64,000 nt of DNA from a bacterium (lineage in GTDB: Bacteria; Patescibacteriota; Minisyncoccia; Phycocordibacterales; UBA12445): positions 1,110 through 65,109 of the forward strand of contig JAUSIP010000016.1 in NCBI GenBank assembly GCA_030648005.1, given 5' to 3'. Positions within the stretch are counted from its first letter, which is position 1, and each line of letters opens with the position of its first letter. Both the position numbers and the translations under genes were made by a program. Positions 37,796 to 47,222 of this stretch are shown piece after piece. Below the pieces are notes generated by a model. The model made no database searches and was not told where the DNA came from. It worked only from the letters and a program-made list of their open reading frames with translations.

Positions 37796-39742
37796 CTAGA
37801 GGATATTTTCCGGGTCAACTCTAACAATGAACCTACTTGGCAGAGATCTTAATATTTCCAGCAAATTAGAATATGGCGTCTCTGCAATATCTGGAGACAA
37901 CTCACCTTGAGCTTGTTGAGGGGGCCACCCTTCCGGATCCACCTTTAGTAGGATATTTACTCTGTCCTTATTTCCCACCCTTTCAATGAAGGCATTGAAT
38001 TTGCTTGGCTCATAATTTTGCAGAAATTTCTCCAGTTGATCCATCTCTGTATTTGTAATATTTTTAGGCCCTTCCGATGTGATCTTTATAAGAATTTTGA
38101 AGGGGGGATAGTTGAACCTTTTTCTTTCTTTAATCTCACCACGGAAGAATTCTAGCAAGTCTCCTGAGAGTACGTTCTCAAAGATCTTCTCGTCGGGCTT
38201 TCTGGTCTGTATCAGAAATCTTTTTAATGTCTTAAGTCGCAGCCGCGTCAGAAGATCAAAAATATTTTCATCCATTTTATAATCAGGAAGAGAAAAGAGG
38301 GTATCGATGGAGATGATCGCTACTGTCTCAATGTTCTGATTCAGATAACTTAGAACCATGTCAGTACCGATAAGTATAGCGCCGGGTGTTTGCAGAAACT
38401 CTGTGATAATCTCTCTAGCCTGTTTGTACTTTTTAACAGCATTGCCGTCTATTCTGAATATCCTTGCGTCCGGGAATTCTGCTCTTACTTCATCCTCAAC
38501 TCTTTCTGTGGCCACCCCCAAGACTTTTAGCTTCCAACTTCCGCAATTCGTGCATTTAACGTCTGTTGCAGACTTTCTACCACATCTGTTACAAAGGAAG
38601 ATATTCTCGCTAACTGTTCTATGAAGAACCATCGGTAGACTGCATTCGGTACAGAGGATTATCTCACCGCAGTCTGCGCACAGAGTCGATGTACCGAGAC
38701 CTTTTCTGGCGCATATAAGTAGAGCATGCTCTTTTTTTGCAATAGACTCCTTTATAGCCAGCTTAACTTTGGGGCTTAATATCGAATCGCCCGCCTTCCG
38801 CATATCTATAACCTCCTGATATATATTCATAGGAAACCGGTATTTTAGAGGTGATTCTTGTATGAAGTTACCAGCTTGCGCGTTATAGATATCTTCAATT
38901 CTAGGTATTGAATCTCCAAGCACTAGCCTTGCAGGTTTCGCTCTCGCTAGTTTTTCTGCGAATGTTCTGATGTCCATGAATGGTCGTGACATTGTTTTGT
39001 AGAAGTGGGAATTCTCTTTATCGATGATGATCGTCGCAATATCTTCGCGAGGTAATGACAGGAATACCGGAGTGGCCACGATCAATATCGGGTGCTGTTC
39101 TTCGAGGGCACCTCGCCACCGTTCATAGATCGTTTTTACTGTAAGACGGTTATGCATAATAACCGTATACTCTTCTATGCCTTTTTTCAGTATCTCGCCA
39201 CATTCTTCGGCATCATGAATCGTCGGCAAGATGAAGAAGACGGAGTGTTTCTTTGCGAACTCTTCGCGTATTAAACTTTTATAGTAAGAGTATCTTTCGT
39301 CATCAGGAAGACCCAGAACAGATATTTCAAATCTTCTATTCTTAACATTGGAGAGGATTTTCGGAGGGAACAAGTCCTTTGCTGTTTTATTTTTCTCCCA
39401 GGCATTTAGGATCGCCTTGGGGGTCAGAAAGCGGATTATCTGCCCTGGAGATGAGACGGCATATTCAGCTGTTTCTTTTGAGGCAGTTATAAAGTCGGGT
39501 AAATAGGCACCTTCCGCCACTATCTTTTTAATTTTTTTAAAACCGAATTCAGAAGTTTTTAATTCTGACTTCATCTCTTTTGCTCCGCTTATAGAAGTGG
39601 CGATTCCCAAGACCTCTTTATTGCGCAGAGGAATCACAACCAACGCGCCGTTAGTTATTTCTTTGGTAGTAAAGTAGGTCAGATCCTCATTTAGAATATT
39701 CTTGGCTATGGGGGCGACCGTGACGATCTTAAGATTCTCCAT
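37796..39742 (-). CDS. priA: Primosomal protein N' (PriA) homologue with degenerate Walker A and B motifs
   Basis: It has PriA Cys-rich zinc motifs (LCADCGEIILCTECSLPMVLH...CNRCG...CTNCG). The helicase motif I position reads GLPDDERYSY and the DEEH position reads DKEN. Confidence 0.75.
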   Translation of the reverse strand: MENLKIVTVAPIAKNILNEDLTYFTTKEITNGALVVIPLRNKEVLGIATSISGAKEMKSELKTSEFGFKKIKKIVAEGAYLPDFITASKETAEYAVSSPGQIIRFLTPKAILNAWEKNKTAKDLFPPKILSNVKNRRFEISVLGLPDDERYSYYKSLIREEFAKKHSVFFILPTIHDAEECGEILKKGIEEYTVIMHNRLTVKTIYERWRGALEEQHPILIVATPVFLSLPREDIATIIIDKENSHFYKTMSRPFMDIRTFAEKLARAKPARLVLGDSIPRIEDIYNAQAGNFIQESPLKYRFPMNIYQEVIDMRKAGDSILSPKVKLAIKESIAKKEHALLICARKGLGTSTLCADCGEIILCTECSLPMVLHRTVSENIFLCNRCGRKSATDVKCTNCGSWKLKVLGVATERVEDEVRAEFPDARIFRIDGNAVKKYKQAREIITEFLQTPGAILIGTDMVLSYLNQNIETVAIISIDTLFSLPDYKMDENIFDLLTRLRLKTLKRFLIQTRKPDEKIFENVLSGDLLEFFRGEIKERKRFNYPPFKILIKITSEGPKNITNTEMDQLEKFLQNYEPSKFNAFIERVGNKDRVNILLKVDPEGWPPQQAQGELSPDIAETPYSNLLEILRSLPSRFIVRVDPENIL

Positions 39743-39903
39743 ATATTAAGTCTACCCTTTAGCTGTTCTCAGTGTAGTCTTGGCACGGTCTAGATTTAAT
39801 GGTACTCTTTGGCGACGTGTCCCGTTAGAATTCTTTGATTAAAGGATATCTAGTGGAAGAATATTGTGCTGTATGGCCGTAATTAAACGAAAAAAAGGGG
39901 AAA

Positions 39904-41055
39904 ATGAAGAATTCTAGTGGGATGAAAAAGGGGCCTAAGGTCTTCGTGGGTATGTCCGGCGGAGTAGATTCGTCTGTTTCTGCTGCCCTTTTAAAACAAG
40001 CCGAATATGATGTAACTGGTGTTTTTATTAAGACCTGGTCGCCCGACTGGCTCCCTTGCACCTGGCGTGAAGAGAGGCGTGATGCCATGCGAGTAGCAGC
40101 TAAACTTAAGATCCCACTGTTAACCCTGGACTTGGAGAAAGAGTATAAAGAAGGGGTCGCAGAATATATGATAGAAGGCTATAGACGAGGTGAGGTGCCC
40201 AATCCAGATGTGATGTGCAACAAGATTATTAAGTTCGGTGGGTTCTTTGATTTCGCGATGAGGCAAGGTGCCGATTACGTTGCCACTGGACATTACGCGC
40301 AGATACGACAGGAAGCAGACCCAGCACGCAAAAAGCCAGCCCTGCTTGCTCCCAACCATCAAGGGGCAGTCGCAATCAGGACTGCTTTTCTTCTCGCTGG
40401 GTCTCGTGACAGCGAGAAGGACCAAACCTATTTCCTCTGGATGCTCGGACAAAAACAACTTTCCCACACACTATTCCCAATAGGAGATTTTAAAAAGTCA
40501 GAAGTTAGAAGGCTGGCCAAGAAGTTTGATCTTCCGGTGGCAGACAAGAAAGACAGCCAAGGACTCTGCTTCATGGGCGACATAGATGTTAAGGATTTTC
40601 TGAAGCATTATATAAAGGAGAAGAAGGGAGATGTTTTAAGTGAGGAGGGCGAGGTGATAGGCGAGCATGAAGGTTCAACCTTCTATACTATTGGCGAGCG
40701 TCATGGATTCAAGATAAATAAAAAGACACCGGATGATACGCCATACTATGTAGTTAAGAAAGATACCGCCAAAAATATTTTAGTAGTTTCTAATAAAAAA
40801 AGTTCCGGCGAGATCATGAAGAAGGAGATCTTAATAAAAGACGTTAACTGGAATCAGGGACGAGCTCCGGACTTGTCTAAAAAGTTAGAAGCTAGGATAC
40901 GCTATCGTCAGGAGCTTCAAGTTTGTCGGTTAGAAGAACCGGAAAAAGGTGTCTATAAAGTCATCTTCGACGCCGACCAACCCGCACCTTCTTCCGGCCA
41001 ATCCGTCGTCTTCTACTCCAAAAATATTTGCCTCGGCGGGGGAGTAATACTATAA
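39904..41055 (+). CDS. mnmA: tRNA 2-thiouridine(34) synthase MnmA, with a ~20-aa insertion
   Basis: VFVGMSGGVDSSVSA (PP-loop), ATGHYA and KDQTYFL. Confidence 0.9.
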   Translation: MKNSSGMKKGPKVFVGMSGGVDSSVSAALLKQAEYDVTGVFIKTWSPDWLPCTWREERRDAMRVAAKLKIPLLTLDLEKEYKEGVAEYMIEGYRRGEVPNPDVMCNKIIKFGGFFDFAMRQGADYVATGHYAQIRQEADPARKKPALLAPNHQGAVAIRTAFLLAGSRDSEKDQTYFLWMLGQKQLSHTLFPIGDFKKSEVRRLAKKFDLPVADKKDSQGLCFMGDIDVKDFLKHYIKEKKGDVLSEEGEVIGEHEGSTFYTIGERHGFKINKKTPDDTPYYVVKKDTAKNILVVSNKKSSGEIMKKEILIKDVNWNQGRAPDLSKKLEARIRYRQELQVCRLEEPEKGVYKVIFDADQPAPSSGQSVVFYSKNICLGGGVIL

Positions 41056-41064
41056 TTGGAAAAT

Positions 41065-42912
41065 ATGAAAACAGCTGAAGTTCGAGAGAAATATTTAAAG
41101 TTTTTTGAGGAAAGGGGGCACAAGATTATGGCCTCGGCCTCTTTGGTGCCGCAAAATGACCCCACAACACTATTCACCGGCTCCGGTATGCAACCGATGA
41201 TTCCATATCTGCTTGGAGAGAAACACCCACTAGGAACTAGAATTACAGACTCGCAGAAGTCCTTCCGTAGCGGAGACATAGACGACATTGGCGATAACCG
41301 CCACACCACTTTCTTCGAGATGCTTGGTAACTGGTCACTGGGTGACTACTTCAAGAAAGAACAGGTGCCTTGGATGTTTGAATTTCTAACCAAAGAGATT
41401 GGTATTGATCCAAATAAGCTTTATGTGAGTGTCCTGATCGGCGATGAGAAAAATAATATACCAAAAGATACTGAGACAGCAGAGATCTGGAAAGGACTTT
41501 TTGCAGACAAAGGGATCGAAGCTAAGGAGGTGGAGATAGGCAGTGAGAAGAACGGCTATGACGTCGGCATGCAGGGCGGGCGGATATTCTACTACGACGT
41601 CGGCAAGAACTGGTGGTCAAGAGTTGGTGTACCAGACAAGATGCCTGCAGGTGAACCAGGTGGTCCCGATACAGAAATGTTTTATGAGTTTTCCGACATA
41701 CCTCATGATCCAAAATATGGCGAAAATTGTCATCCCAACTGCGACTGTGGGCGATTCATGGAGATAGGCAACAACGTCTTCATGGAGTACAAGAAGAATG
41801 ATGATGGCACTTTCTCTAAACTACCTCAGAGTAATGTTGATTTTGGTGGTGGGCTTGAACGTATTACAGCAGCAAGCCTAAATACTGCTGATGTCTTTCA
41901 GATCGATATCTTCAGGGGAATTATCGAGACGCTTGAAGGGCTTTCTGGGAAATCATATTCGGATACTAACTATACGGCAGCATTTAGGATTATCGCAGAT
42001 CATACTCGGTCGGCTATTTTCCTTATTGGTGATGGAGTTTACCCTTCCAATGCAGACCAGGGCTACTTCGTCCGACGTCTGCTTCGTCGTGCGATACGAT
42101 ACTGGGACAAGTTGGGTATTAAGAAAGAGGGTATAGCAGAGCTTGTAGACCCTATTTTGGACTACTATGAGGATGCTTATGTTGATACTTATAATAAGAA
42201 GGAGGAGATCAAGTCAGAGATTAAAAAAGAAGAACAAAAATTCAGAGAGACATTAGAAAGGGGGATGAAGGAGTTTGAAAAAGGCATAGATTCTTTTACT
42301 CTCTTTACTACTTACGGCTTTCCGGTTGAATTAACTGAGGAATTAGCTAAGGAGAAAGGTGTCATTATAGGTAGAAGCGAATTTGACCTCAAGATGAAAG
42401 GACATCAAAACCTCTCCAGGTCTGGCTCTGAGCAGAAGTTTAAGGGGGGTTTGGCAGATCATAGCCAAGAGACAGTGCGACTTCATACTGCACATCACTT
42501 ACTTCTTGCTGCACTTCAGAATGTTTTAGGTTCGAATGTTAAGCAGAGGGGTTCAAATATTACCTCAGAGAGATTGCGAATAGACTTCTCTTTTGAACGC
42601 AAGATGACAGATGAGGATAAGAAGAAGGTGGAAGATCTGGTCAACATCTGGATATCGGAAAAGATACCGATGATACGCCGAGATATGCCTAAGGCAGAGG
42701 CTGAAGCGCTTGGTGCCGAGCATGAGTTCGGAGCAACTTACGGCGACGTCGTGTCTGTTTACTTCGCAGAAAGATCAGACGGTACACGAGTATCAAAAGA
42801 ATTCTGTGGCGGACCGCATGTGCAAAATACCAGTGAACTTTCGCATTTTAAAATCTTAAAGGAAGAGGCTGTGGCATCGGGTATTAGGCGCGTCAAGGCC
42901 GTACTAGAATAA
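41065..42912 (+). CDS. alaS: Alanyl-tRNA synthetase, short form lacking the C-Ala domain
   Basis: HTTFFEMLGNWSLGDYFK plus editing-domain motifs HTAHHLL and CGGPHV. Length is about 615 aa. Confidence 0.9.
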   Translation: MKTAEVREKYLKFFEERGHKIMASASLVPQNDPTTLFTGSGMQPMIPYLLGEKHPLGTRITDSQKSFRSGDIDDIGDNRHTTFFEMLGNWSLGDYFKKEQVPWMFEFLTKEIGIDPNKLYVSVLIGDEKNNIPKDTETAEIWKGLFADKGIEAKEVEIGSEKNGYDVGMQGGRIFYYDVGKNWWSRVGVPDKMPAGEPGGPDTEMFYEFSDIPHDPKYGENCHPNCDCGRFMEIGNNVFMEYKKNDDGTFSKLPQSNVDFGGGLERITAASLNTADVFQIDIFRGIIETLEGLSGKSYSDTNYTAAFRIIADHTRSAIFLIGDGVYPSNADQGYFVRRLLRRAIRYWDKLGIKKEGIAELVDPILDYYEDAYVDTYNKKEEIKSEIKKEEQKFRETLERGMKEFEKGIDSFTLFTTYGFPVELTEELAKEKGVIIGRSEFDLKMKGHQNLSRSGSEQKFKGGLADHSQETVRLHTAHHLLLAALQNVLGSNVKQRGSNITSERLRIDFSFERKMTDEDKKKVEDLVNIWISEKIPMIRRDMPKAEAEALGAEHEFGATYGDVVSVYFAERSDGTRVSKEFCGGPHVQNTSELSHFKILKEEAVASGIRRVKAVLE

Positions 42913-42960
42913 ATTCTTTTCCACACACACTTATACTGAATTTGGGGTATAATTCTGTAC

Positions 42961-44007
42961 ATGAACGTGGCTATTATTGATATTGGTAGCGGGAGTGTTG
43001 GGCTTGCCGGAGTTCTTCTGGAGAAGGATAAGGTACCGATTCTAAAATTCTCAAAGAGAATCGAGCTCACACTTCAGGAGAAGCTGGATCCAGAAAGACT
43101 ACTTCAAGAAAGCTTCACTGCTATAGAGCGAGTTATTGCTGATATGCAAAAAGGTATGGCCCTAGCGCCGTCGTCAGTCTTCTGCTTCTTGTCTCCGCAT
43201 CTCATTGTATCTCAGGCGAGAAATATTATCCTTAACTTTGATAAATCCTCTACAGTAAATTCTCTTGTCATAAACGATGCCGTCAACAGGGAGCTTAAAA
43301 GATTTAGTGCAGGTAATAACAGTGGTGAAGTTGTCATTGAGCACAAGATCATGGGCGTTAAGTTGAATGGCTACGAAACAACCAACCTTAAAGATCGGAT
43401 TGCGAATAGATTAGAGATTTCGATCTTTTTTACACTGGCTCCGGCAGATATATTAAATAAGATCAAGAAGCAGATCTCAAGCTCTTTTCATAACGAACAG
43501 GTGGAATTCCACTCCTTTTCCATTGCCCATTTTGCCATTCTACGAGATATATTTAGGGCTGAACAAAACTTCGCCTTCATTGATATTGGATCTGAGATTA
43601 CTGATGTTTCTCTTGTCAGAGAGGGGGTCATTGAGAAAACTACGTCCTTTCCACTGGGCAAGAACACATTCATTAGATCTATAATGAACAAGATGCAAGT
43701 CAGTGCGCCTGTTGCGTTATCTATAATAAAGAAGGGGGGTGATCTAGTTTCTGTGAGCGAAGAATGGATTACAGCGATAAGGGGTGCGATTGATAGCAAT
43801 AATTTTGAGGGTAAAGTACGGGAGAAGATTTTTATATTAACCGACAAGGACTTTTCTGGAGCTACCTCCGCAATTCTCAATCAACAACTGGAGATCAAAG
43901 AACTAACTTCTACTGATCTAAATAAATTCTGTCAGAATTATAGTGGCGCCGTAGATGACCCATTCCTTATGGTGGCTTCAATATTTGTTAATAAATTGTT
44001 AAACTAA
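42961..44007 (+). CDS. Actin-fold ATPase (FtsA/PilM-like)
   Basis: VAIIDIGSGSVG (phosphate 1) and FAFIDIGSEITDVSL (phosphate 2). Confidence 0.5.
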   Translation: MNVAIIDIGSGSVGLAGVLLEKDKVPILKFSKRIELTLQEKLDPERLLQESFTAIERVIADMQKGMALAPSSVFCFLSPHLIVSQARNIILNFDKSSTVNSLVINDAVNRELKRFSAGNNSGEVVIEHKIMGVKLNGYETTNLKDRIANRLEISIFFTLAPADILNKIKKQISSSFHNEQVEFHSFSIAHFAILRDIFRAEQNFAFIDIGSEITDVSLVREGVIEKTTSFPLGKNTFIRSIMNKMQVSAPVALSIIKKGGDLVSVSEEWITAIRGAIDSNNFEGKVREKIFILTDKDFSGATSAILNQQLEIKELTSTDLNKFCQNYSGAVDDPFLMVASIFVNKLLN

Positions 44008-44011
44008 GATT

Positions 44012-45271
44012 ATGAAAAGAAAAGTTGTTGAAGATCTAATATTTAAAAAGGCGCCCGTCTATCAAATGGACGAAGTCAATGACAACAGGGTGGTGAGTAA
44101 TGGGAACCGAGGCTCCGGAAGAAAGTTTTATGTGTATGCACTTATTGTTATAGCCGGCTCGGTCCTGGTACTTGGCTTGTTTGTACTTTTGTCCTCAACC
44201 TTCTCAAGGGTTTCTGTGATGGTTTTAACGACAAATCGAGAGATTATATTGGATGACCTTGTTCCACTCAACAAAGATGGCGCAGGGGGCGGGATAAAGT
44301 ACGAGATGATGAGTTTGAAGGAAATGGAGTCTGGATATGTTCCTACTAGCGGTAATAAACTCGTGTCTAAGTACGCTACTGGTATTGTGACTATTTACAA
44401 TTCATTTAGCCCCGCGTCCCAAATTTTGGTTGCCGGCACAAGGCTTGAGACCACAGATGGTAAGATCTACAAAATAGACAAAACAGTATCGATCCCAGGC
44501 ATGTCGTCAGTTGCTGTATCTGTTAAGGCCGGAGAAGCGGGCGTAAAATACAATATACCCCCGACGAACTTTACTATTCCAGGCCTTAAAGACAGCCCGA
44601 AGTTTTCGAAGATATATGCTAAATCTGTTAAAGATATTTCCGGAGGCTGGTCCGGGGAATTGAAGGTGGCTTCCTCGGCGGATATCACAAAGACGCGGCT
44701 GAATTTACAGGACAGTCTAAAAAAGAAACTGATCAAGAAGGCTCTAGCGGAAACCCCGAAAGGTTTCTTACTTTGGGAAGATGGGATGCTTATCAGTTTC
44801 AGCGACAACACAATAGACAACTCTTCTTTAATTGGGGCTGATGGAGATAAGATGAATCTCCAGGTGAATGGTGTACTCCGCGCAATAATGATATTAGAAG
44901 ATGATCTTAAAAATTTTATAGTAGCCAAAAAGAAAGCTGAGCTGGTCGGTGGGACTAAGTTTGTTATCGACAATCCAGGCAAACTTAGTTTTAAGATATT
45001 AAATAAGGATAAAATAAACACAGACGGAACAAGCAGCGTTCTTGCAAGGATAACGGGCAAACAATATATAATGTGGGATTTTGATGAAAGTTCTCTTAAG
45101 AATAAACTGAGTGGTGTAAAACGATCTAAATATCAGGATGTTTTCAAGGAGTTCCCGGCGATAGAAGAGGCTGCCGCAGTGTTCTACCCATCATGGGCTT
45201 TCTATTTTCCAATCGACACAAATAGGATAGAAATAGCCTTAGCACCTAAGGAGGGGGTTGACTTAAAATAG
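44012..45271 (+). CDS. Hypothetical membrane-anchored protein (419 aa)
   Basis: It has a single N-terminal TM helix (FYVYALIVIAGSVLVLGLFVLLSS), and its start lies 4 nt after the preceding gene's stop. Confidence 0.5.
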   Translation: MKRKVVEDLIFKKAPVYQMDEVNDNRVVSNGNRGSGRKFYVYALIVIAGSVLVLGLFVLLSSTFSRVSVMVLTTNREIILDDLVPLNKDGAGGGIKYEMMSLKEMESGYVPTSGNKLVSKYATGIVTIYNSFSPASQILVAGTRLETTDGKIYKIDKTVSIPGMSSVAVSVKAGEAGVKYNIPPTNFTIPGLKDSPKFSKIYAKSVKDISGGWSGELKVASSADITKTRLNLQDSLKKKLIKKALAETPKGFLLWEDGMLISFSDNTIDNSSLIGADGDKMNLQVNGVLRAIMILEDDLKNFIVAKKKAELVGGTKFVIDNPGKLSFKILNKDKINTDGTSSVLARITGKQYIMWDFDESSLKNKLSGVKRSKYQDVFKEFPAIEEAAAVFYPSWAFYFPIDTNRIEIALAPKEGVDLK

Positions 45272-45287
45272 GTTAATCTGCTATGAT
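45258..45287 (+). promoter_or_regulatory. Promoter of the infA-rpmJ-rpsM... operon
   Basis: TTGACT-18 nt-TATGAT, located in the 3' end of the upstream CDS. Confidence 0.5.
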
Positions 45288-45304
45288 AGCCGAGCAATTT
45301 GAAT

Positions 45305-45544
45305 ATGGAAAATAGTAAAGATATAGTCCACCTGGATCAAGAAGTAGACGGTACTGTTGTTGAAACATTACCCAATATGATGTTCCGGGTAGACCTTAGT
45401 CCGCCAGCTGGCGGAGGCAAAATCATTTTGGCCTATCTTGCGGGCAAAATGAGGATGAATCGAATCAAGGTTCTAATTGGCGATAAGGTAAGAGTCAAGC
45501 TTGATATCTATGGAGTTAAGGGCAGAGTAATTAGAAGATATTAA
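45305..45544 (+). CDS. infA: Translation initiation factor IF-1, with a small in-frame palindromic insertion
   Basis: GTVVETLPNMMFRV...GKMRMNRIKVLIGDKVRV. The extra SPPAGGG is encoded by TCCGCCAGCTGGCGGA. Confidence 0.9.
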   Translation: MENSKDIVHLDQEVDGTVVETLPNMMFRVDLSPPAGGGKIILAYLAGKMRMNRIKVLIGDKVRVKLDIYGVKGRVIRRY

Positions 45545-45547
45545 TAC

Positions 45548-45661
45548 ATGAAAGTAAGATCATCATTAAAAAAGTTGTGTGCGAAGTGTAAGATGGTCCG
45601 TCGCAAGGGCTGTCTTTATGTCGTATGCGATCAGCCTAAACACAAGCAAAGGCAAGGATAA
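45548..45661 (+). CDS. rpmJ: Ribosomal protein L36
   Basis: [37 protein letters not shown]. It is below the ORF-track cut-off. Confidence 0.9.
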   Translation: MKVRSSLKKLCAKCKMVRRKGCLYVVCDQPKHKQRQG

Positions 45662-45665
45662 ATAT

Positions 45666-46046
45666 ATGAGAATCTCAGGTATAACAATTCCGGATAATAA
45701 AAGACTAGAAATAGCACTAACTGCTGTTTATGGGATTGGCAGAAGTTTAGCTCAGAAGATGCTGGATGAGCAGTCTATTCCACACAGCACAAAGGCAACC
45801 GAGCTGACGCCAGACCAGGAGAATATCCTACGAAAGCGTGTTGAGTCAGAGAAGGTAGAAGGTGAGCTAAAGAGAATAATTGCCGGCAACATAAAGCGCC
45901 TAAAAGACATCAAGGCATACAGGGGCACAAGACACCAGAAGAGCCTTCCTTCCCGTGGACAAAGGACGAAGACGAACTCCCGAACACGAAGAGGTAACGT
46001 AAGAAAGACCATGGGTTCCGGAAGGAAGAAGGTTGAGAAGAAGTAA
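45666..46046 (+). CDS. rpsM: Ribosomal protein S13
   Basis: MRISGITIPDNKRLEIALTAVYGIG. I trimmed the start from the track's 45579. Confidence 0.95.
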   Translation: MRISGITIPDNKRLEIALTAVYGIGRSLAQKMLDEQSIPHSTKATELTPDQENILRKRVESEKVEGELKRIIAGNIKRLKDIKAYRGTRHQKSLPSRGQRTKTNSRTRRGNVRKTMGSGRKKVEKK

Positions 46047-46055
46047 AAAAACAAA

Positions 46056-46499
46056 ATGGGAAAGACAAAAATTATAAATAAACCGGACGCAGAGCAGAAG
46101 TCCGAAAGCAAGGTGGGCGAAGTTAAGCCTGTGGTTAAGAATGCCAAGCAAAGACTTTCTTCTGGTACTCTATACGTTCAGGCAACCTACAATAACACTA
46201 AGTTACTCTTCACCGACAACGACGGTAACTCTATCGCAGCATCTTCATCTGGAGCTCTCGGTTTTAGTGGCGCTAAGAAGGGTACCCCTTTCGCAGCCGC
46301 CAAGGTGGGCGAGCTTATCGGCGACAAGGCGGCCGCTCTGGGTGTTAAGGATGCTAATGTCGTGGTTAAGGGTGTGGGGGCAGGTCGAGAGTCGGCCATT
46401 AGAGCCTTCTCTTCTAAGGGGATCAACATCTCAGCTATCCGAGATGAGACCCCAATTCCTCACAACGGTCCAAAGCCTAAAAAGCCGAGAAGAGTATAA
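46056..46499 (+). CDS. rpsK: Ribosomal protein S11
   Basis: GTLYVQATYNNTKLLFTDNDGN...GAKKGTPFAA. Confidence 0.95.
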   Translation: MGKTKIINKPDAEQKSESKVGEVKPVVKNAKQRLSSGTLYVQATYNNTKLLFTDNDGNSIAASSSGALGFSGAKKGTPFAAAKVGELIGDKAAALGVKDANVVVKGVGAGRESAIRAFSSKGINISAIRDETPIPHNGPKPKKPRRV

Positions 46500-46513
46500 A
46501 AAATAAATAAATC

Positions 46514-47131
46514 ATGTTAGTAAAACGAAAATATAAAATTTGCAAAAGACTGGGAGATGGAATCTTTAACAAGTGTCAGACACCAGGTTTTTCCCGTGCA
46601 ATGGCTCCAAAAAAGGGCGCGATAAAGAAGAGACCACCACGAGCAAGGTCAGAATACGGCAACCAGCTTATAGAAAAGCAAAAGGTGCGATATACATATC
46701 TAATAAGAGAGAAACAGTTTTCTAACTACGTAGAGAAGGCTCAGAGTACTAAGGGTGTTAAGGCTATAGACCATCTATACACATTACTTGAGAGGAGACT
46801 CGACAACGTAGTCTACCGAGCTGGATTCTCGCCTTCAAGAGCCGGGTCAAGACAGCTCGTTTCTCACGGACATATTACAGTCAACGGCACACGTGTCACT
46901 ATTCCTTCTTATCAGCTCAAGATTGGAGATGAAGTTAGAATCAGAGATGGCAGTAAAGATAAGACTGTTTTTAAGGGATTAACAGACAAGCTGAAGAACT
47001 ATAAGATGCCAAAATGGCTTAAGTTTGAAGCCGATAAGATGGAGATTGGAGTTCTTTCTGACCCTACTCCACTCGAGGCTGGCTCCACCTTGAATTTGAA
47101 TTCGGTGATGGAGTTTTATAGTAGAACGTAG
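46514..47131 (+). CDS. rpsD: Ribosomal protein S4
   Basis: S4 N-terminal region plus S4 RNA-binding domain (RLDNVVYRAGFSPSRAGSRQLVSHGHITVNG). Confidence 0.95.
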   Translation: MLVKRKYKICKRLGDGIFNKCQTPGFSRAMAPKKGAIKKRPPRARSEYGNQLIEKQKVRYTYLIREKQFSNYVEKAQSTKGVKAIDHLYTLLERRLDNVVYRAGFSPSRAGSRQLVSHGHITVNGTRVTIPSYQLKIGDEVRIRDGSKDKTVFKGLTDKLKNYKMPKWLKFEADKMEIGVLSDPTPLEAGSTLNLNSVMEFYSRT

Positions 47132-47158
47132 TATTTTGCGAGGTTTCCACCCGAGGAC

Positions 47159-47187
47159 TTGCAAAAAGTCTGGGAATAGTTTATAAT
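47159..47187 (+). promoter_or_regulatory. Internal promoter upstream of rpoA
   Basis: TTGCAA-17 nt-TATAAT. Confidence 0.55.
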
Positions 47188-47222
47188 AATCAACTAAATA
47201 TTTAATATTTTTTTATAAAAAT

